64,000 nt of DNA from Oscillospiraceae bacterium (GTDB taxonomy: Bacteria > Bacillota > Clostridia > Oscillospirales > Acutalibacteraceae), in assembly GCA_031268095.1 (NCBI GenBank), contig JAIRXU010000008.1, positions 15,622-79,621 of the forward strand, read 5' to 3'. The notes below the pieces were generated by a model. It was not told the DNA's origin and made no database searches. It saw only the letters and a list, made by a program, of their open reading frames with translations. The position numbers were made by a program, and so were the translations under genes. Shown piece after piece: positions 43,891 through 52,759 of the stretch; positions within the stretch are counted from its first letter, which is position 1; each line of letters begins with the position of its first letter.

Positions 43891-43907
43891 CTCCGTCCAA
43901 AAAACAT

Positions 43908-43947
43908 CCCCGGAAGATCAATGCTTCCGGGGGTCGCTGTTTTTTTG
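43908..43947 (+). terminator. intrinsic terminator after the kinase gene (possibly bidirectional)
   Basis: Stem CCCCGGAAG / CTTCCGGGG with a 7-nt loop. T7 run at 43940-43946 downstream and an A-run upstream. Confidence 0.6.
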
Positions 43948-44039
43948 CGGTTCCTCCCAGGCCCAACCCCAAACGCCGCTGCCCATCTGCTGCGCACCGT
44001 TTTCCCAACGCGGCGCTGCTTCGTCTGTTGCTCAAGTTT

Positions 44040-44699
44040 TCACTCGCTCCCGTAGCACTCTTCGGCCTCCGCCAGCAGGGCTTCATAGAACGCCTGCGCG
44101 GCGGCCTTTCGTTTCGCGGCGAGGGCTGTGCCGTGCGCCGTATAGAACCGGCCGTAGACGGATTCCAGTTTGTATTTGTATTCCCGGAAAAACGAATGCT
44201 CTCGGTCGCCGTCTCCGCCGGAGACTGTGCCGTCCTCCCGCAGGGAGTAGAGCGGTCCGGCCACCTGCGCAATATAAAATAAGGTCCGGGCAACCCCCAT
44301 CGCGCCGCAGACGTCCAGTTTGTCCGCGTCAAAGAGGATTTTTGCTTCCAAGCTTTGCGGCGGCGCGTCCGAGCGGTAGCGGTGTGTTAGGACGCAGGCA
44401 TGGACGGCCTGCGCAAATGCATCTGAATAGCCGTTCCCCCGCAACCAGGCGCGGGCCTTTTCCGCCCCGCAGTGGGCATGGTCCACCCGCGGGTCCGCGA
44501 ACTGTTCGGCCCGCCCGATGTCATGCAGCAGGCAGGCCACCGTCAGCAGTTCCCGGTCCGCGCCGCGTTCCTGCGCGGCAATCGTCAGGGCGTAGCGCAG
44601 AATGCGGTAGACATGCTCCCGGTCGTGGGCGGAATCCGCCATGCATTCTTGCATGTAGGCTTCGGCGGCGGGCTGATCGGTTCGGACAGGCGCGGTCAC
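44040..44699 (-). CDS. HD-domain phosphohydrolase
   Basis: ..HVYRILRYALTIA.. and LLHDIGR (the HD motif). The GTG start overlaps the upstream TGA (GTGA). Confidence 0.8.
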   Translation of the reverse strand: MTAPVRTDQPAAEAYMQECMADSAHDREHVYRILRYALTIAAQERGADRELLTVACLLHDIGRAEQFADPRVDHAHCGAEKARAWLRGNGYSDAFAQAVHACVLTHRYRSDAPPQSLEAKILFDADKLDVCGAMGVARTLFYIAQVAGPLYSLREDGTVSGGDGDREHSFFREYKYKLESVYGRFYTAHGTALAAKRKAAAQAFYEALLAEAEECYGSE

Positions 44700-45448
44700 G
44701 CAGCGGATCCTCTGGTCAAAAAGCGGTAGCTGGCCGCCAGTTCCTCCAGCGGGTCCGCGCCGTAGCAGTCGTCCTGCTCAACAAAGGCATATTTCGTACC
44801 GATTTCCCCGAACGCCGCGAGGACCGGCGGCCAGTCGAAGTTCCCGCTGCCGACGGCCGCGAACCGCTGCGCGCCGCCGTCTATCGCCAGATCTTTGACA
44901 TGGCAAAGATCAATCCGCCCGCGCAGGGACCGGATCACCGTGGGGACATGCTTGCCGCCGTGGTGCACCCAGTACGTATCCAAAATGAAGCCCAGCAGCG
45001 CGGGATCGCTCTCCTGGACCAGAATGCTCCAGAGGTCCCCTTCCGGGAACCGCTGGAATTCGAAGCTGTGGTTATGATACTGGAATTTCAGCCCCGCCGC
45101 CGCGAAAGCCTCCATCGCCGGGCGGAACTCCCGCAGGAAAGCCCGCGCTCCGGCGACTGTCCGTTCCCCGGGGAGAGACCCAACCCCCACATACGGGCAG
45201 TCCATCCGCTGATGGTCCGCGATCACTGCCGCGGTATCGTGCAGGATGCGCTCCGCCGGGGTGTGGGTCACGACAATCCGCAGGCCCAAGGCGTCGCACA
45301 GGTCCTTCAACCGCGCGGGATCATAGGGGAAACCGGACACCTGAATCGTCCGGTATCCCATATCTGCGATGCGCGTCAAGGTCTTCTGCTGGTCTTCCGG
45401 GGTCTGCATGAGGTCCCGGACGGTATAGAGCTGTGCCCCGATCTCCAT
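44696..45448 (-). CDS. sugar phosphate isomerase/epimerase (xylose-isomerase-like TIM barrel)
   Basis: MEIGAQLYTVRDLMQT.., YHNHSFEF and VKDL are typical AP-endonuclease-2/IolE-like barrel motifs. Confidence 0.8.
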   Translation of the reverse strand: MEIGAQLYTVRDLMQTPEDQQKTLTRIADMGYRTIQVSGFPYDPARLKDLCDALGLRIVVTHTPAERILHDTAAVIADHQRMDCPYVGVGSLPGERTVAGARAFLREFRPAMEAFAAAGLKFQYHNHSFEFQRFPEGDLWSILVQESDPALLGFILDTYWVHHGGKHVPTVIRSLRGRIDLCHVKDLAIDGGAQRFAAVGSGNFDWPPVLAAFGEIGTKYAFVEQDDCYGADPLEELAASYRFLTRGSAA

Positions 45449-45498
45449 GGAACCGCCTCCTGTTGACTGTTAAGCCTTGCGTTTTTTAGAATTTTTCC

Positions 45499-45539
45499 GG
45501 AAATGCCGTTAGGCTTTCTGGGAATGCCGTTAGGCTTTC
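45499..45539 (-). repeat. tandem duplication (2 x ~20 nt, period 21) of the extreme 3' end of fba, including its stop codon
   Basis: AATGCCGTTAGGCTTTC occurs at 45502-45518 and 45523-45539. The second copy contains the fba stop at 45530-45532. Confidence 0.8.
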
Positions 45540-46465
45540 CCTGAGCAACCCAGCACCGTCTCAATCTTGTGTTCCACCATCGCCTGAATCGCGTCGCGGG
45601 CGGGCTTCAGGTACTGGCGGGGATCGAAGTGGGCGGGATGTTCCGCCAGGTGCTTGCGCAGCGCGGCGGTCATCGCCAGGCGCAGGTCGGAGTCTATGTT
45701 GATCTTGCAGACAGCGGAGCGGGCGGCCTGCCGGAGCATCTCTTCCGGGATACCGACGGCGTCGTCCATTTTTCCACCATACTGGTTGATCTGCGCGACA
45801 AACGCGGGCACAACGGAGCTGGCCCCGTGCAGGACAATCGGGAACCCGGGCAAGCGGCGGCTCACTTCCTCGAGGATATCAAAGCGCAGCTGGGGCTTCT
45901 GGCCGGGCTTGAACTTGAACGCGCCGTGGCTGGTGCCGATGGCGATGGCCAGGGAATCCACCCCCGTGCGCCCCACAAAATCTTCCACCTGCTCTGGTTT
46001 GGTATAGGACGCGTCTTCGGCAGAGACGTTTACTTCGTCCTCGATCCCCGCCAGCTGGCCCAGTTCGCCTTCCACAACGACGCCGCGCGCATGGGCGTAC
46101 TCGACAACTTTTTTGGTCAGGGCCACATTTTCTTCGTATGAAAAATGAGAACCGTCGATCATGACGGAGGTAAAGCCGCCGTCGATGCAGCTCTGGCAGG
46201 TCTCGAAATCCGGACCATGATCCAGATGCAGGGCGATCGGCAGACCGGTCTCCAGCTCCGCCGCCTCCACCAGCTTGGTCAGGTACGTATGGTTGGCATA
46301 AGCGCGCGCGCCCTTAGAGACTTGCAGGATCAGCGGAGCCTGGCACTTCTGCCCCGCCTGAACGATTCCTTGAATGATCTCCATGTTGTTGACGTTGAAC
46401 GCCCCGACGGCGTAGCCGCCCGCGTAGGCGTCGGCAAACATCTTCGTTGTGGTAACCAGCGGCAT
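45530..46465 (-). CDS. fba: class II fructose-1,6-bisphosphate aldolase
   Basis: MPLVTTTKMFADAYAGGYAVGAFNVNNME.., LHLDHG, VMIDGSH, GELG, HGAS. RBS AGGAGGAA. Confidence 0.93.
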   Translation of the reverse strand: MPLVTTTKMFADAYAGGYAVGAFNVNNMEIIQGIVQAGQKCQAPLILQVSKGARAYANHTYLTKLVEAAELETGLPIALHLDHGPDFETCQSCIDGGFTSVMIDGSHFSYEENVALTKKVVEYAHARGVVVEGELGQLAGIEDEVNVSAEDASYTKPEQVEDFVGRTGVDSLAIAIGTSHGAFKFKPGQKPQLRFDILEEVSRRLPGFPIVLHGASSVVPAFVAQINQYGGKMDDAVGIPEEMLRQAARSAVCKINIDSDLRLAMTAALRKHLAEHPAHFDPRQYLKPARDAIQAMVEHKIETVLGCSGKA

Positions 46466-46516
46466 GATAAATTCCTCCTATATTGGGGTTGTATTTTTGA
46501 CTTTTCCCGCGCATTT

Positions 46517-46545
46517 ATTATAGCACAGCCGACGGGACGTTGCAA
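46517..46545 (-). promoter_or_regulatory. sigma-70-type promoter of fba
   Basis: Minus strand reads TTGCAA, 17 nt, TATAAT. Confidence 0.55.
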
Positions 46546-46569
46546 GAAAAATTTTAGGAACGCCTGCCG

Positions 46570-48167
46570 TCATTCCGTTTTTTCCGCCATGGCAACCCTG
46601 ATCTGCCCGTCTTCCGGGCGAATCGCCGTTGCCCCGTCATAAAATCCCCGGATCAGGCGCGTGGCGTAAGAAAAATTCCGGTATGTGCATTCTGCCCGAC
46701 GGCCAGCAATCTCCCGCCGGGGCAACGCCGGCGCACCGGGGGATTCCCTTCGGACCAGGGAGAACCCCCCGGGGCGCTCGGCCCGCATCGTGATTTCTTC
46801 CGGCGCAAATACCACTGAAACCGTCCCGCAGGGCGTTCCCGTCAGCGTCAGGCGAGCGGTCTCCCCGTCCGGCTCGTCGTAGGATGCGTCGGCGAATAAT
46901 AGCTCCTCCCCGCCTGCGCAGGGCACCCCCGGTCAACCGCCTGCTGCTTCGCTTCATCCGCAGCTCCTCCCCGCCTGCGCAGGGCACCCAGCCGGCCAGG
47001 ATCCCCTTCCCGCTGGCGCGGTAGCCGTCCAAGCAAAGGGAGGGTTTCGAAGCAGAGCACGTCCCTGTCCTCTCTGGCCTGAAGATAGCGTTCCGGGAAA
47101 TCCTCCCGGAACAGGAAGCAATCCCGCAGGCGGATCCGTCCTTCCTCCAGCAGGAGATTGGCGCGGTAATTCCGGCAGTTATACCAGAGGGAACGGCGTT
47201 CGCCTTTCTGCACAGACATGGCCGACGCAGGGGTCAGAGCAAACGAGCGGGAGAACCAGCGCCCGCTCTCGCCGAGGGTCTCCGCCTCCAGCCGGCCCGC
47301 CGCCCGGAGCGCCGCGATTTTCTCCAGCTGCGGCTCCAGCACCGTCATCTGCGGCCAGCCGAAGGAATTTTCCTGCCCGGCCTGGGTATAGGCGTACGCC
47401 AGAGAGCATCCGTTGAAATTCTCCCGGAAGTACCAATCCACCCAGGCTGGGTTCCCGCCGCCCCGGGCGCTGGAGGGTTCGAGCGTGATCACCTGCTGCC
47501 AGGGGGCCGGTTCCCCGTCCGGGCCGAGGCCGTCATCGTACTGGTCCAGGGGGTCGGACCCCAGCATCCGGAATACGGGGACCCCCAGCTGCCGGGCGGA
47601 ACTTTGCGCCGGGCAAAACATGTTCTGTTCCGACGGAAAATACGCGCCGTTATAGTACCCGCCCCAGAGCGTATAGCCGTCGGTCCCGACCTGATCCTTG
47701 CAGTTGCAGGAGGCGTCCAGGCCATACGTTTTGTGGGTATAGCAGAGGGTATGGGCGTCGATGGTCCAGGACCCCATCACCTTCGGATAGGCGCCAAAGA
47801 CTTCCCGGAACTTTGCGAAAGCGCTGTCCACCAGCCGCTCCCGCTCTTCGGGGAGGTAACCGACGCTGAAGCCGCAGCGGGCGTGCCAGTCCCAGGGAAA
47901 GCGCCCGCGCCAAGGCAGTCCCGCCGCCGCGCAGAGGGGCTCCACCATCTCCAGCCAAAGCCCCAGCTCGAAACGGTCCCCGGCCGCGCGGAGCGGTTCG
48001 GTGAACCGGGGATCCAATAGGGCGTCGTATTGCAGCAGGAAGGTGCCGGGCAGGTCATACCGCTCCAGCAGGGCCATCTGCCGGCGCATCGGCTCCAGCA
48101 GATCCACCGGCTCGCGGGGTTCACAGCCCCGGAGGAAATTCACAATATTGACGATGTTTCGCATCAT
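46570..48167 (-). pseudogene. conserved hypothetical protein (N-terminus MMRNIVNIVNFLRGCEPR..) whose C-terminal third is split over three frames
   Basis: Frame 1 (46848-48167) becomes Arg-rich nonsense after ..CFETLPLL. Protein-like sequence continues in frame 2 (LDGYRASGKGILAGWVPCAGGEEL) and then in frame 3 (PCAGGEELLFADASYDEPDGETARLTLTGTPCG...). A 28-bp direct repeat at 46901-46928 and 46962-46989 brackets the second shift. Confidence 0.5.
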
Positions 48168-48185
48168 AGGGCCTCCTCGTTCGTA

Positions 48186-48911
48186 TTACCCGTCCTGCTC
48201 TCTGCGCAGAAGATCGGCCAAGAGACTGACAAAGAACGTCTGCGTAAATTGTAGCCCATGTGATTCGGAGAAACAGTCGCCGTCCGCGAAGATAGCGTAG
48301 TCGAGCGCATAGTTCAATTCATCATAATACGGACTAAACCAACTGTGATCACTGTAGACCGCGCGCTGGTCGCCGTGGATGGGGAAGGACGCGGCCAATG
48401 CATTTATTTCCTCTCCCTCGCGCTGTTTCAGATTTTTTTCCTGCTGATCCAGCAGGACGAGCGCCGCTTCCTGTTGCTTCCGCTCTTTCCGCCGCGCGCC
48501 GCCAAGTCGGCGCAGGTCTTCCTTAATATTCTTGCGCTGTAGGTTGATTTGCGCCAACCGCGGGGCATTGGCCATTTGCACCAGCCTAGTCGCATGACCA
48601 GCGCGCGCCTCCCGCTCGTTCATCCGCACGGTTCCGTCAGGGCCAACGTATTTCTGAAACTTGTCCTTCCAGCATGGCGGTGGAACGGCGGCGACAAATT
48701 CGTGGACCAGCGCTTGCTGCTCCTCATTCAGCTCCAGCTTGACGTAATCCGCAGCGCTGCCGCCGATTTTACGGAACGCTTCCTGCGTCGCTGCGGCCCG
48801 CGCCGCTTGCTCCGCCGCCTCCTGCTCCAGCCGCTGCCGTTCCTGCTTCTTGCGCAGCTCTTCTTCCCATGTCCGGTCCAGGATCTCCTGCGCTTGCCGC
48901 CTCATGTCCAT
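48186..48911 (-). CDS. hypothetical coiled-coil protein, translationally coupled to maf
   Basis: ATG 48909-48911 (or ATG 48903-48905, which forms an ATGA overlap with the maf stop). Glu/Arg/Gln-rich helices and a C-terminal ..YSDHSWFSPYYDELNYALDY.. domain. No family recognised. Confidence 0.55.
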   Translation of the reverse strand: MDMRRQAQEILDRTWEEELRKKQERQRLEQEAAEQAARAAATQEAFRKIGGSAADYVKLELNEEQQALVHEFVAAVPPPCWKDKFQKYVGPDGTVRMNEREARAGHATRLVQMANAPRLAQINLQRKNIKEDLRRLGGARRKERKQQEAALVLLDQQEKNLKQREGEEINALAASFPIHGDQRAVYSDHSWFSPYYDELNYALDYAIFADGDCFSESHGLQFTQTFFVSLLADLLRREQDG

Positions 48912-49480
48912 GGCTCCGCCTCCATTGTCCGCAGCGTCCGGATCAGCCGCGCCAGGGGCAGACCGACAACGTTGCAGTAGTCCCCTGTGATCCCCTCCGC
49001 CAGCAGCGCGCCCCTGCCCTGGATCCCGTAGGCCCCGGCCTTGTCCCTGGGCTCGCCGGAGCGGATATAGGCTGCAATTTCCCCGTCGGTCAGGGCATAA
49101 AACCGCACCCGGGTTTCCTGATAAAACCCGCAACCCCGTTCTCCTCTCCGCAGGCAGACGCCGGTGAAGACGCTGTGTTCCCGGCCGGACAGCGCCCGGA
49201 GCATCCGCGCCGCGTCGCCGTCGTCCCTCGGCTTGCCAAAAAGCGCGCCGTCCAGCGAGACGACGGTATCCGCCGCGATGATTACCGTATCATCCGCAGG
49301 GCACAGCAAATCGGCCACCGCCGCCGCTTTGCGGGCCGCGATAGCCTGGGCCGCCTCCCCGGGGGAAAGCGCCGGTTCCGGTGTTTCGTCCGCCGCAGCG
49401 GCGCAAATTGTAAAATCCAGCCCCGCCAGCAACAGCAATTCCCTGCGCCGGGGCGAGGCGGAAGCCAAGATATAGTTCAT
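48902..49480 (-). CDS. maf: Maf-family nucleoside-triphosphate pyrophosphatase
   Basis: MNYILASASPRRRELL.., ADTVV and GAYGIQG motifs. The start is set at ATG 49478-49480, not the ORF-track 49552. Confidence 0.9.
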   Translation of the reverse strand: MNYILASASPRRRELLLLAGLDFTICAAAADETPEPALSPGEAAQAIAARKAAAVADLLCPADDTVIIAADTVVSLDGALFGKPRDDGDAARMLRALSGREHSVFTGVCLRRGERGCGFYQETRVRFYALTDGEIAAYIRSGEPRDKAGAYGIQGRGALLAEGITGDYCNVVGLPLARLIRTLRTMEAEPWT

Positions 49481-49508
49481 GCGGTCCTTCCCTGGATGGG
49501 CAGCGGAT

Positions 49509-49886
49509 CTATTTTGCCGGAATGACCTCAATCCAATATCCGTCCGGATCATTCACAAAATAAACGCCCATATCGGTGTTTTCGTAGCAAATGCAGCCCA
49601 TCTGGCTGTGCAGCTCGTGGGCTGCCTCAAACGACGGCGTCATCACGGCGAGGTGAATCTCATTGTCTCCCAAGTCGTACGCGCCTTTCCAGTCTCGCAG
49701 CCAGGTTAGCTCCAACTGGAATCCGCCCGGTTCGGCCTCCAAAAAGACCAGGACAAAGCTGCCATCCTCCGCTTCCTTGCGGCGCACTTCCCGGAATCCA
49801 AGCGCCTCGCTGTAAAATTGCACACTGGCCGTTAAATCCGCCACATTCCGGTTGGCGTGGACAAGCCGAAACCCCAAATCCGCCAT
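49509..49886 (-). CDS. VOC-family (glyoxalase I-like) protein
   Basis: ..LVHANRNVADLTASVQFYSEALGF.., ..LELTW.. and ..NDPDGYWIEVI.. fit the paired beta-alpha-beta-beta-beta glyoxalase pattern. Confidence 0.85.
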   Translation of the reverse strand: MADLGFRLVHANRNVADLTASVQFYSEALGFREVRRKEAEDGSFVLVFLEAEPGGFQLELTWLRDWKGAYDLGDNEIHLAVMTPSFEAAHELHSQMGCICYENTDMGVYFVNDPDGYWIEVIPAK

Positions 49887-50122
49887 GGATATTCCTCCTT
49901 TTCACTTTTTCAGCTTGTTTGGCTGTTGAGAACTTCTGATAGGCAAGTATACGCCTGTTCGGGAAAAAATGCAAGAGGGTATGAGGGAAATAAAAATATT
50001 TTTTGGGAAATGAGCGCAGTTTCGTGACGCATTTTCGCGGACAAAGCCGCGATGCGCAGCCGACATCTCCCCCTTTGGGGTTCATGCCGCTCTCCGCGCG
50101 CCGCAGCTCTCGTTCCTGACGC

Positions 50123-50570
50123 TCAGTCGTAATCCGGGTCGTTCATCGCCTTCTGGTGCTCGCGCTCCAAGGCATCTGTCATGGCGTCCATGCTTGCTTC
50201 TGTGCGCGCACGCAGTTCGTCGGCCAAGGCGTCCGCTGCGGCGCGGAGTTCTTTCGCCCGTCCCTGCGCATTGCCGGCTTCCCGCTGAGACGAACTATTT
50301 ACCGCATAACTCAGCGGGTGCTCTTCTTCCCGCGCATAGGCTTCTTCCAGCCAAGCCGCCAGGTCCCTGGCCTCCCCTTCTGCGTCCTTTGCCGCCGCTT
50401 CCGCCGCGGCTGCCTCCGCCACAGCCTCCCCGTACGGCAATTCACGGACTAGCTCCAGCCGCTCCTGGAGGGCACGTTCGCCGGCCTGCGCTTTCAGCTT
50501 CGCCGCCGCCAGCGGATCTGGCTTAGACGGCGCCGGTGCGGGTTCCGGGATTGCCTCGCGGCAACTGGCG
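50123..50570 (-). CDS. Ala/Glu-rich helical ORF with no canonical start; overlaps the 3' end of the guanylate-kinase-like gene in another frame
   Basis: The protein-like part starts around ..EAIPEPAPAPSKPDPLAAAKLKAQAGERALQ.. and ends ..EREHQKAMNDPDYD. Everything upstream in the ORF-track call (to 50836) is out-of-frame overlap. There is an A5 run at about 50573. Confidence 0.3.
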
Positions 50571-51264
50571 CGTCTTTTTGAATCGTTTTGACGAAGGCCA
50601 GGAAGGTCTTTGCGATCTCCAGCGCGCCGGGAACAGCGACGAATTCTTGCAGCAACCCCCAAAGGCGGCCGTTGTCTTCGCCAAAGCAATTGGGAAAAAT
50701 CTCCGCGCCCCCGGCCAGGGCCGCCGCCAGTTCCTCCGGCGCTTTTTGGGCGCGGCCGCGCTGCTTTTCGGCGGTCTCCGTCCCCCGGTTGGCCAGCTTG
50801 GTCTGCATCACGGCCTTCAGCGCCGCGGCGGCGCATTCCTCCCCGGCGGACTGGAGTTCTTTCATGTCGAGAGGGGAAACAAAGATCTGCTTGGCGGGAA
50901 AGCCCTCGTTCCGGCAGAAATCCAGCACCGTTGGAACCTGCTCGTAATAAATCTCCAGCAGCACGACGTCGAACGCGGTCAGCTCTTCCCGCAGCGCGTC
51001 CAGGTCCATCATCTGCCAGTCGCCTTTCCCGTGAATCTGGAACAAAAGGCGGCCGGCAGATTCTACGTGCAGCCGGCGCAGCTCCGCCGCCGAGCGGAAG
51101 AAGTAGCTCTCCCCTTCGGCTTCGCCCGGGCGCATGCTGCGACTGGTATAGAGCACGTGTTTGCGCAGCCCCCGGCCGACAGCGCGGAGGTAGGCGGCCA
51201 GCGCGGCGGTCAACGGGCCTTTGCCCACGCCGCTGGGCCCCGACAGAATGATTAGCTTGCCCAC
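50494..51264 (-). CDS. guanylate-kinase-family P-loop protein (paralogue, longer than Gmk)
   Basis: ILSGPSGVGKG (P-loop) and TSRSMRPGEAEGESYFF (Gmk signature T-S-R-x-x-R-x-G-E-x-x-G-x-x-Y-x-F). The last ~20 aa are Arg-rich and look out of frame. Confidence 0.7.
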   Translation of the reverse strand: MGKLIILSGPSGVGKGPLTAALAAYLRAVGRGLRKHVLYTSRSMRPGEAEGESYFFRSAAELRRLHVESAGRLLFQIHGKGDWQMMDLDALREELTAFDVVLLEIYYEQVPTVLDFCRNEGFPAKQIFVSPLDMKELQSAGEECAAAALKAVMQTKLANRGTETAEKQRGRAQKAPEELAAALAGGAEIFPNCFGEDNGRLWGLLQEFVAVPGALEIAKTFLAFVKTIQKDAPVAARQSRNPHRRRLSQIRWRRRS

Positions 51265-51333
51265 GGAACCATCCTCCTTAAATTAAATAAAACGGCGGAC
51301 AGCCAAAAACCGTCCGCCCGCGATCTCGGCGAT

Positions 51334-51645
51334 TCAGCCGATCTTTTTCCCGTCATCCAAATGAACCTTGCCCAAAAAGGGGATTTTCAGGAAGCCGGAG
51401 GCGGTTTCGCCTTCGAAGGTCAGGCTGAAGGGGATGTCCTTGCCCTTGAGCAGGCTGGTTGACGCTGTACCGGTGATCGTGTTGCCGTCCTGCGCGATGT
51501 TGGCAAACGCCAGGTCAGGCAGCTCCATGCCCGGGAGAATAATGTCGATTTCGTACTGATCCGGCGTACCGCCGACGATCAGCTGCGTGTCGCCGTTGAA
51601 AAACATGGTATCGATGTGAAACAGCCATTTGCCTTGTCCGATCAT
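51334..51645 (-). CDS. 103-aa hypothetical protein
   Basis: ATG 51643-51645 with AAGGATGG upstream. Sequence MIGQGKWLFHIDTMFFNGDTQLIVGGTPDQYEIDIILPG... It is divergent from the AraC-type gene. The ORF-track start at 51879 runs through the promoter region. Confidence 0.5.
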   Translation of the reverse strand: MIGQGKWLFHIDTMFFNGDTQLIVGGTPDQYEIDIILPGMELPDLAFANIAQDGNTITGTASTSLLKGKDIPFSLTFEGETASGFLKIPFLGKVHLDDGKKIG

Positions 51646-51724
51646 TGAGAAACCATCCTTTCGGAAGAAAAATTGGGACAGCCAGGTGATCAGGGACATT
51701 ATGAGCCTATTTTTAAAAAAAGTC

Positions 51725-51753
51725 TTGTACAATTCGTAGTTTTTTGATAAAAT
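51725..51753 (+). promoter_or_regulatory. sigma-70-type promoter of the AraC-type gene
   Basis: TTGTAC, 17 nt, TAAAAT, with a TG-extended -10 (TGATAAAAT). Confidence 0.45.
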
Positions 51754-51807
51754 AGTAAAAAAGCGGACCGGCGGACCGGCGCGAACTTTGGGAAGGAGGC
51801 GTTTGAG

Positions 51808-52215
51808 GTGAAAATGATCGGAACCCGGGAGAGAGCGGACCGCGCGGAGCGGCAAGACAGACTGCGCAGGTCCGCTCAATATCAGTCAGAGGTGGAGCGC
51901 TACGTCCGGGATCACCTGACCGGGCGCATTCGGGTGGCGGATATCGCGGAACTGCTGCGCATGAACGCCAGCCACCTCAACGCCAGCTTCAAGGCGGCGA
52001 CAGGCGAAAGTATTACCAGCTACATCCAGCGGCAGAAGATCGAGCTGGCCAAACGGCTGCTGGCTACCCGCCGCTCTCTGGCGGACATTTGGACGGAGCT
52101 GGCTTACTGCGACCAGAGCCACTTCACCCGCCAGTTCAAGCGTCTGACCGGTCTGACGCCGCTCCAGTACCGGCGGGCCCTGGGAGGACAGCATACAGAA
52201 TCCAGTGCAGTGTAA
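51808..52215 (+). CDS. short AraC/XylS-family transcriptional regulator (HTH domain only, no sensor domain)
   Basis: Two HTH units: VADIAELLRMNASHLNASFK.. and IWTELAYCDQSHFTRQFKRLTGLTPLQYRR. GTG 51808 lies 8 nt after GGAAGGAGG. Confidence 0.8.
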   Translation: MKMIGTRERADRAERQDRLRRSAQYQSEVERYVRDHLTGRIRVADIAELLRMNASHLNASFKAATGESITSYIQRQKIELAKRLLATRRSLADIWTELAYCDQSHFTRQFKRLTGLTPLQYRRALGGQHTESSAV

Positions 52216-52216
52216 G

Positions 52217-52660
52217 TCATTCACTGCAGACGCAGAACCTCCCGGAAGCTTGTTCCGGGGGGTTGGGGGGATTTTCTCTGGTTAGGCGGCCCGGTCTTCT
52301 CTGGCTTCTTCGGCAATCCGGTGAAGGGTGCCCGGCGCATGTTCCGGCGGGCACCAAAACGGTGGTCCCCGCGCCAATTTTTTTCCGGGCGGAACATGTA
52401 TACCGCTCCGGCCCCATCTCCACCAAAGCACAGCCTTCGGCGAGAAAGAGGACCTGGTCCGTCCGGAGATGCTGTTCCAGCCCGATTTCCCCGCCGACAG
52501 GGATACACATCAGTGTCAGCTGGAGGAAATTTCCCGTCCAAAGAGTCCGGCGGAAGCAGGTGTTTTCTCCCACCGCCCGGTCCAGCAGAACAATCAGCGG
52601 CCGCGATCCATAATCCGGAATCCTGCGCGCATATTTGCTGTGTTGGATTAATAAGATGAC
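52217..52660 (-). pseudogene. cupin-domain protein, apparently lacking a start codon and carrying an internal deletion/frameshift
   Basis: IPDYGSRPLIVLLDRAVGENTCFRRTLWTGNFLQLTLMCIPVGGEIGLEQHLRTDQVLFLAEG is a cupin motif-1 region. After ..VLVPAGT the motif-2 His/Asn are missing. The expected C-terminus PPEHAPGTLHRIAEEAREDRAA* is encoded by overlapping nucleotides in another frame. Confidence 0.5.
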
Positions 52661-52759
52661 AGATGAACCACTCCTTTCAGGCTCATCATATTGCGGCGCG
52701 GCGGCGGGTGTGCGGCAACTCCGCCGGATAAGAACAGTCCCCGGAAATTGTGCCGCCCT

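Noticed and set aside
48912-49133. N-terminal extensions offered by the ORF track (48186-49133, 48902-49552, 19263-21194, 51334-51879, 13842-14102, 1762-2310)
   Set aside because: The extensions overlap upstream genes or promoters and are compositionally aberrant. Internal ATG/GTG codons with good RBSs and family-typical N-termini were used instead.
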